In this document: piece by piece, positions 58,752-64,000 of the stretch
Layout: each line of letters begins with the position of its first letter
Position numbering within the stretch: the first letter of the stretch is position 1
Origin: Pseudomonadota bacterium
Lineage (GTDB): Bacteria > Verrucomicrobiota > Verrucomicrobiia > Limisphaerales > SXTU01
Length of the DNA stretch: 64,000 nucleotides
Direction of reading: 5' to 3'
Assembly: GCA_009924135.1 (NCBI GenBank)
Contig: RFSE01000008.1
Coordinates: 2,131 to 66,130 of the forward strand
Position numbers and translations under genes: made by a program
The notes under the pieces: model-generated
What the model was told of the DNA's origin: nothing
Seen by the model: only the letters and a program-made list of their open reading frames with translations
Database searches by the model: none

Positions 58752-60554
58752 ATGACTGAGACCATCGCTTTCAAGCCGCCGGGCAGCTACACGTCCGCCA
58801 CGGTTCCCAAGCACGTTGTCCAGCAGCGCTTCCGCACGCCGAAGAAAAACATTCCGCAGACGCCCATCGAGCGGAACCACTTCCTCCACGTGATCCGCAA
58901 CTACGTGGCCGAGTTCAACCCCGTGCCGCCCATGCCGGCGGACGAGTTGAAGATCCACGCCGACCGCGTGATCGGGATGCTCAAGTGCGACGCGATCTAC
59001 CGCGACTACATCGGCGTGCTCATCAACAACGAGATGTGGCGCGAACAGATCGCCGCCGTGCCGTTCGAGCGCCGGTTGCTGCTCCTGCCCAAGTGCCTGC
59101 GCGTCGAGAGCAAGTGCCCGGCCCCGTTCGATGAGTTCGGCCTGTTGTGCAAGCAGTGCGGCCTCTGCACCATTCAGGACCTGCAAGCCGAGGCGGAAAA
59201 ACTCGGCTATGCAACGCTCGTGGCGGAAGGTTCGGCCATCGTCATGTCGCTCATCCAGACCGGCAAGATCGAGGCGATCGTCGGCGTTAGCTGCCTCAGC
59301 GTGCTGGAGCGGGCGTTCCCGTACATGGAAGCGGCGGCGATTCCCGGCGTGGCCATCCCGTTGCTGCAGGATGATTGCATCGACACCACCGTGGACCTCG
59401 ACTGGGTCTGGGATTACATCCATTTGACGAGCGATGACCAGACGCGCCGGCTCGACCTGGGCGCATTGCGGGACGAGGTGGACTTCTGGTTCAGCCCCGT
59501 GGCGCTGGACACGATCATGGGCAACGCCGAGGGCGAGTCTGAACGCATCGCGCGGGACTGGCTCATGCGCGCCGGCAAGCGCTGGCGGCCCTTCCTCGTC
59601 GTCTCGGCTTATCAGGCGCTCCGTCGTGATACTGGCAAGCCCCTGCCCGAGGACATCAAGAAGGTGGCCGTGGCGGTCGAATGCTTCCACAAGGCCTCGC
59701 TCATCCATGATGACATCGAGGACAACGACGCGCTGCGCTACGGCGAAAAGACGTTGCACGAGGAATACGGCACCGCCGTGGCATTGAACGTGGGCGATCT
59801 GCTGATCGGCGAAGGCTACCGGCTGCTCGCCGCCTGCAAGGCCAGTCCCGAAGCCAAGGCCGCGATGGTCCGCGTGGCCAGCGAAGGCCAGCGCGAACTC
59901 TGCCGTGGCCAGGGTGCGGAACTCTGCTGGGCCCGCAACCCGCAGTCGCTCACGCAGCACCAGGTGCTGGACATCTTCCGCAAGAAGACCGCGCCGGCCT
60001 TCGAGGTCGCGCTGCGCGTCGGCGCGCTCTACGCGGGCGTGGACCAGCACGAGGAAGTCGAAGATGTGCTGCACGTTTACAGCGAGGCGCTCGGAATCGC
60101 CTACCAGATTCGCGACGACCTCAGCGACCTCGGCGACACCGGCGAGACGAACGACATCGCGGGCCTGCGCCCGAGCCTGTTGCTCGCCGTCGCGCACGAG
60201 AAGGCGAAGGACGCGCAGAAGGAACTGCTCGCGAGCGTGTGGCGTCGCCAGTTGCCCGCCGGGGTCAGCGTGAAGGACATCGAGGCGCTCTACACCGCCG
60301 TCGGAGCGGACCTCCGGGCCAAGACCCTCCTTGAAACCTACAAGGAAGAGGCCATCCGGTGCCTGCAAGACCTGGAGAATCCGAACCTCAAGGGTCTCCT
60401 GCGCCGCGTGCTGGGCAAGATCTTCAACGACGTCGAGATCAAGGGCTGGTGCAAGGAACAGGAACAGGCCAACGGCGTGCGCGATGGCGTGCGCATGGAA
60501 AATGGCACCCCGGAAGCCGCCCCGCGCGAGCTGGACGTGGTGATGGCTAAGTAA
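58752..60554 (+). CDS. Fusion protein: N-terminal Cys-rich DUF116-like domain plus C-terminal trans-polyprenyl diphosphate synthase
   Basis: LLLLPKCLRVESKCPAPFDEFGLLCKQCGLCTIQDL...IVGVSCLSVLE (DUF116-like). GKRWRP, FARM LIHDDIEDND and SARM YQIRDDLSD. Confidence 0.75.
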   Translation: MTETIAFKPPGSYTSATVPKHVVQQRFRTPKKNIPQTPIERNHFLHVIRNYVAEFNPVPPMPADELKIHADRVIGMLKCDAIYRDYIGVLINNEMWREQIAAVPFERRLLLLPKCLRVESKCPAPFDEFGLLCKQCGLCTIQDLQAEAEKLGYATLVAEGSAIVMSLIQTGKIEAIVGVSCLSVLERAFPYMEAAAIPGVAIPLLQDDCIDTTVDLDWVWDYIHLTSDDQTRRLDLGALRDEVDFWFSPVALDTIMGNAEGESERIARDWLMRAGKRWRPFLVVSAYQALRRDTGKPLPEDIKKVAVAVECFHKASLIHDDIEDNDALRYGEKTLHEEYGTAVALNVGDLLIGEGYRLLAACKASPEAKAAMVRVASEGQRELCRGQGAELCWARNPQSLTQHQVLDIFRKKTAPAFEVALRVGALYAGVDQHEEVEDVLHVYSEALGIAYQIRDDLSDLGDTGETNDIAGLRPSLLLAVAHEKAKDAQKELLASVWRRQLPAGVSVKDIEALYTAVGADLRAKTLLETYKEEAIRCLQDLENPNLKGLLRRVLGKIFNDVEIKGWCKEQEQANGVRDGVRMENGTPEAAPRELDVVMAK

Positions 60555-60569
60555 CGCCCGCTGGGCCGC

Positions 60570-61304
60570 GTGAGAAAACTCTGGCAGCACCTGGCTTCGC
60601 AACCGGCACTTCTGCTCCTGCTCTTGCTCGTGCCCTCGTTGACGGGCTGCCGGTCTTTTTCCGTTAACACCAGGAGCACCGCTGATTTCCATCGGAGTGC
60701 ACTGGCGACGCAAGGCGTGATGGTAGGTGGCATCACGGCCTTGGGTGGTGGCGAATACGCGCTGGCGGATCAAATCAGCCTGCGATTCGTCGAAGCGATG
60801 GCGAGGATCGCGCCCACCGGAGCCGTGGTAAGCCTGCCGATGGTGCAGGAGCGGATGGGCGTGACGCGGCATCGCGAACTGGAGAAACGGTTCAGTGAGG
60901 AGGAGACCTTGCGGCCGGCGGATTTGAAGGTTTTCAGCGACCTGCCGGGCCGGTCTCGCTACCTGCTTTGGGTGGATGCGCGGGGAAACAGTTCGTTAAA
61001 CTCCCACACGTACCAAGTCGGGCGTCGGCAACGCTATCAGGACCCCATCTCCGGGGTGGTCTGGTGGGGAGAGCCGCATTTGATGCAGGAGACTTTCCTC
61101 ACCATTACCGACCTGTCCACCACCTTTGTGATCTGGGATTTGCGCACGGGTGAAACCGTCTGGACTTGCCGCATCTCGGGTACGGAATCGTTGCGGGAAA
61201 GGATGACGCGCCCCTCAGGTGACGCGCGCGTGGACGCGGCGGCGGGAGCGCATGGGACGTTCGAGCAGATGGTCGAACGCGCGGTGGCCGCGCTGCCGCC
61301 TTGA
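60570..61304 (+). CDS. Hypothetical lipoprotein
   Basis: Lipobox LLLLLLVPSLTGC after a GTG start, 15 nt downstream of the previous gene. Confidence 0.55.
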   Translation: MRKLWQHLASQPALLLLLLLVPSLTGCRSFSVNTRSTADFHRSALATQGVMVGGITALGGGEYALADQISLRFVEAMARIAPTGAVVSLPMVQERMGVTRHRELEKRFSEEETLRPADLKVFSDLPGRSRYLLWVDARGNSSLNSHTYQVGRRQRYQDPISGVVWWGEPHLMQETFLTITDLSTTFVIWDLRTGETVWTCRISGTESLRERMTRPSGDARVDAAAGAHGTFEQMVERAVAALPP

Positions 61305-61315
61305 GCCGGGGCGAA

Positions 61316-62185
61316 CTACTTCAGTTCCGCGTTGTCGATCAGCCGCGTCTTACCGATGAACACCGCCAAGGCCAGATGCGTGCCGCGCGTGACGGCGGTG
61401 GCGGGTTGGAGCGTTTCGCTGTCGAAAAACTCCACGTAATCCAAACGCGCGGCCGGCTGGGTGGCGATCAACGCGGCGAGTTCCTTCTTCAGCACGTCGG
61501 CGTAGTTCGGCGAGCGGGAGCTGAGCACGACTTCCTTCGCCAGTTTCAAGGCCCGATAGAGGATCGTCGCCTGCGGACGTTCCTCGGCGGAGAGATATTT
61601 GTTCCGTGAACTCATGGCTAGGCCGTCCTTCTCGCGGCGCGTGGGGGCCACCACGAGTTTGAGCGGGAAGTTCAGGTCGCGGGTCATGCGGCCCAGAACC
61701 GCAGCCTGCTGCCAGTCCTTCGCACCAAACACGGCCACATCCGGCAGCACGAGATTGAAGAGCTTGGCCACGATGGTGGTAACGCCCCGGAAATGCGTCG
61801 GGCGCGAGCCGCCTTCCATGCCTTGCGAAAGCCTCTCCTCGACGACGTAGGTGCTGTAGCCACCCGCCTCGCGGCCCGGATACATCTCGGCATCGGAGGG
61901 CAGGAACAGCACATCCACGCCGGCCTTGGCGCACAGCTTCTTATCGCGATCCAGATCGCGCGGGTAGGCGGACAGGTCTTCGGTCGGCGCGAACTGCGTG
62001 GGGTTCACGTAGATGCTGGCGACCACGACACCTTTCTTGCCCGCGAGCCGGCGCGCCCGTTGCACGAGACTCAGGTGCCCCTCATGCAGGTATCCCATCG
62101 TGGGCACGAAACCGACCCGCGTACCAGCCCGTCGCCAGCGGAGGGCGAGCTTTTGCATGGCAGCGGCGGAAGTGATGATGCGCAT
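61316..62185 (-). CDS. panC: Pantoate--beta-alanine ligase
   Basis: VPTMGYLHEGHLSL, NPTQF, FRGVTTIV and SSRN motifs. Confidence 0.92.
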   Translation of the reverse strand: MRIITSAAAMQKLALRWRRAGTRVGFVPTMGYLHEGHLSLVQRARRLAGKKGVVVASIYVNPTQFAPTEDLSAYPRDLDRDKKLCAKAGVDVLFLPSDAEMYPGREAGGYSTYVVEERLSQGMEGGSRPTHFRGVTTIVAKLFNLVLPDVAVFGAKDWQQAAVLGRMTRDLNFPLKLVVAPTRREKDGLAMSSRNKYLSAEERPQATILYRALKLAKEVVLSSRSPNYADVLKKELAALIATQPAARLDYVEFFDSETLQPATAVTRGTHLALAVFIGKTRLIDNAELK

Positions 62186-62685
62186 GGGGGTAGCTTAGTC
62201 GGAGCGGGGGTTGTGTGTCCAACCCTCCTCCACTCAGTTTCCACCTCCTACTCCTCATCACCCACTCCTACTCAATACCGCCCTGCTCTTGCTCTTGCTC
62301 GTAATCTTACTCTTACTCCGGTGACGCACACCCTAAATTCGAATCCCGAACGGGCTTTCCTACCTTTTGCCCGCTGGAATCAAGGGTCGCCGGGAAAACC
62401 GTTGATCGTTTTAGATCCGCCCGAACGATGCTTGCCACCCAAGCACGGAGGTTCAGTATCAGCAATAATGAACCCGGCACAAAAGCGATTATCCCTTATC
62501 CGCGTCGCAACAAGACAGACAATTGCTTTCAGTTCCCCGCTGCTAGCCGCAGGCTTCCCCGCAGCATTTTCGCGTCAGCACTGTGCCATGCCTTGCAATG
62601 TTCAGCAACCATCGGGCGGATGTGTTTTGCAAAAACCGTCACCCTCAAACGGACTTTGAGCGCGCCCCGGTTCAAACCACCCAAA

Positions 62686-64000
62686 ATGCAGTTCTGCGGA
62701 AACACCTCCTGGCGGTCGAAATGGCTTGTCGCGTTGGCTGCAAACACGTTGCTGCTGATCTTGTGCACGAATTCCTCTGGCGAGGATTGGCCGCATCCGC
62801 GCGGGCCAGGGTTTGATGGCGTTTTCACGAACGCTTCCATTGCTTTGCCGTGGCCGACAAATGGGTTGCCGCTCCTTTGGGAGCGGCCCATCGGCCAGGG
62901 ATTTTCCGGCCTGGCGGTGCAGGCGGGACGGATTTTCACCCAGGCGCAGTCGCTGGGCGGGCAGGAGGTGATTTCGTTGTCGCTGGAAACCGGCGAGGTT
63001 TTGTGGCGCACGCGCCACGCCATTCCCTGGGAAGTGGATGGTCTCTATCCCGGACCGTACGGCACGCCCGCCGTGGATAGTGGACGCGTTTTCGTTGGGG
63101 ACTGTTACGGCACGATTCAATGTTTTGACGCGCAGAAAGGCACGCGGCTCTGGACGTTCGACGCCGTGCGCAAATTGAATCCTGCCGGAGTGGATTTTGG
63201 CTACGCGGCGACGCCCCTGGTCTTGGACGGCCAGGTGTTTGCTCCGTCGCCGGCGGGGGATTCAAAAACGACTGCATTTTCACTCGAGGCTGCGACCGGC
63301 CGGTTGCTGTGGAGTTCGGGCACCAACTTTCCCAGCTATGCCTCATTCCTGCCGATCCAGGTGCAGGGCCAGCGCCAACTCGTTTTGCTCCTGCGCAACG
63401 GCATCTCCGCATTCGATCCCAAAACCGGCGCGGAACTCTGGCATGACGAGTGGACCCACGGGTACGACGAACACGCGACATGGCCGGTTTACCGGGAGCC
63501 ATTCCTTCTCTGCTCCTCGGCATTCAAACGCGGCTCGCGACTGTATCGGCTGTCAATTGAAGCAGGCCGGCCGCGCGCCGAACTGATCTGGCAGGAAAAG
63601 GTCCTTTCGAACGATGTTTTTTCTTCCGTACTCGTGGACGGCTTCGTTTACGGCTTCGATCTGCTGTCATCACAAGCTGAGTATCACGGCCGCACGCGCG
63701 GCAGTTTGAAATGCCTCGAATTCATGACCGGCCAGGTCAGATGGACCAATCAGGAGATGGCCCATTGTTCCGTGTCCATCGTCGGTAAACATCTGCTCCT
63801 GCTGGATGATGCCGGGCGACTCGCCGTGGCGAACCCGGACCCGGCCGGCTACCGCGAACTCGCCAGCATGAGCCTGCCGGCGCGCGGAAAATATTGGACC
63901 GCCCCGGTCGTGGTCGGGAACCGACTGCTCGTGCGCAGCCGCGATACCGTTGCGTGCTATGGCCTGGGCGGCAGCGAAACGGCGGTGGCGGCCAGTGGGC
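62686..64000 (+). CDS. PQQ-like beta-propeller repeat protein (BamB-like fold), 3' end outside the window
   Basis: Frame 1 is open from ATG 62686 to the window end (absent from the ORF track because there is no stop). Signal-like WLVALAANTLLLILC. Repeated G..LW / V.G..V.. propeller motifs (GEVLWRT, GTRLWTF, GRLLWSS, GAELWHD, GQVRWTN). Confidence 0.7.
   Translation, partial: MQFCGNTSWRSKWLVALAANTLLLILCTNSSGEDWPHPRGPGFDGVFTNASIALPWPTNGLPLLWERPIGQGFSGLAVQAGRIFTQAQSLGGQEVISLSLETGEVLWRTRHAIPWEVDGLYPGPYGTPAVDSGRVFVGDCYGTIQCFDAQKGTRLWTFDAVRKLNPAGVDFGYAATPLVLDGQVFAPSPAGDSKTTAFSLEAATGRLLWSSGTNFPSYASFLPIQVQGQRQLVLLLRNGISAFDPKTGAELWHDEWTHGYDEHATWPVYREPFLLCSSAFKRGSRLYRLSIEAGRPRAELIWQEKVLSNDVFSSVLVDGFVYGFDLLSSQAEYHGRTRGSLKCLEFMTGQVRWTNQEMAHCSVSIVGKHLLLLDDAGRLAVANPDPAGYRELASMSLPARGKYWTAPVVVGNRLLVRSRDTVACYGLGGSETAVAASG

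Noticed and set aside
58719-60872. 717-aa minus-strand ORF
   Set aside because: It is antisense to the plus-strand gene that carries canonical DDxxD prenyltransferase motifs and to the lipoprotein gene. It has typical GC-shadow composition.

Overview
GC-rich bacterial chromosomal segment. By inference it comes from a PVC-superphylum organism, most likely Verrucomicrobiota. The basis is several prepilin-type N-terminal methylation-motif proteins ([18 protein letters not shown]), two orphan DUF1501 proteins, frequent GTGA/ATGA start-stop overlaps and very dense palindromic repeats. About 45 protein genes are supportable. I recognised no rRNA, tRNA, CRISPR array, integrase, transposase or classical defence gene. 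The left 13.5 kb is one translationally coupled operon. It holds the 3' end of a PfaA/Pfa2-like synthase, a 2394-aa KS-CLF-AT-DH-DH megasynthase, OleA, OleB, OleC, OleD and an Sfp-type PPTase, so a PUFA-type synthase is wired directly to the head-to-head olefin pathway. The rest is housekeeping (pheA, scpAB, glnE, hup, aspS, rpmE, prfA, uvrA, panC), polysaccharide genes, a pseudopilin-ABC exporter operon, sugar-oxidation genes, a CusF/SCO1 copper protein and a DUF116-polyprenyl synthase fusion. The most unusual signal is the repeat load: at least nine distinct hairpin or palindromic families. One has MITE hallmarks (terminal inverted repeats plus an 8-bp target duplication). One is built from tandem 6-7-nt units. 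Several copies sit in frame inside coding sequence: five in linkers of the megasynthase and two in uvrA. Starts that differ from the ORF track were chosen by motif position and start/stop coupling. Repeat coordinates are approximate to a few nt.
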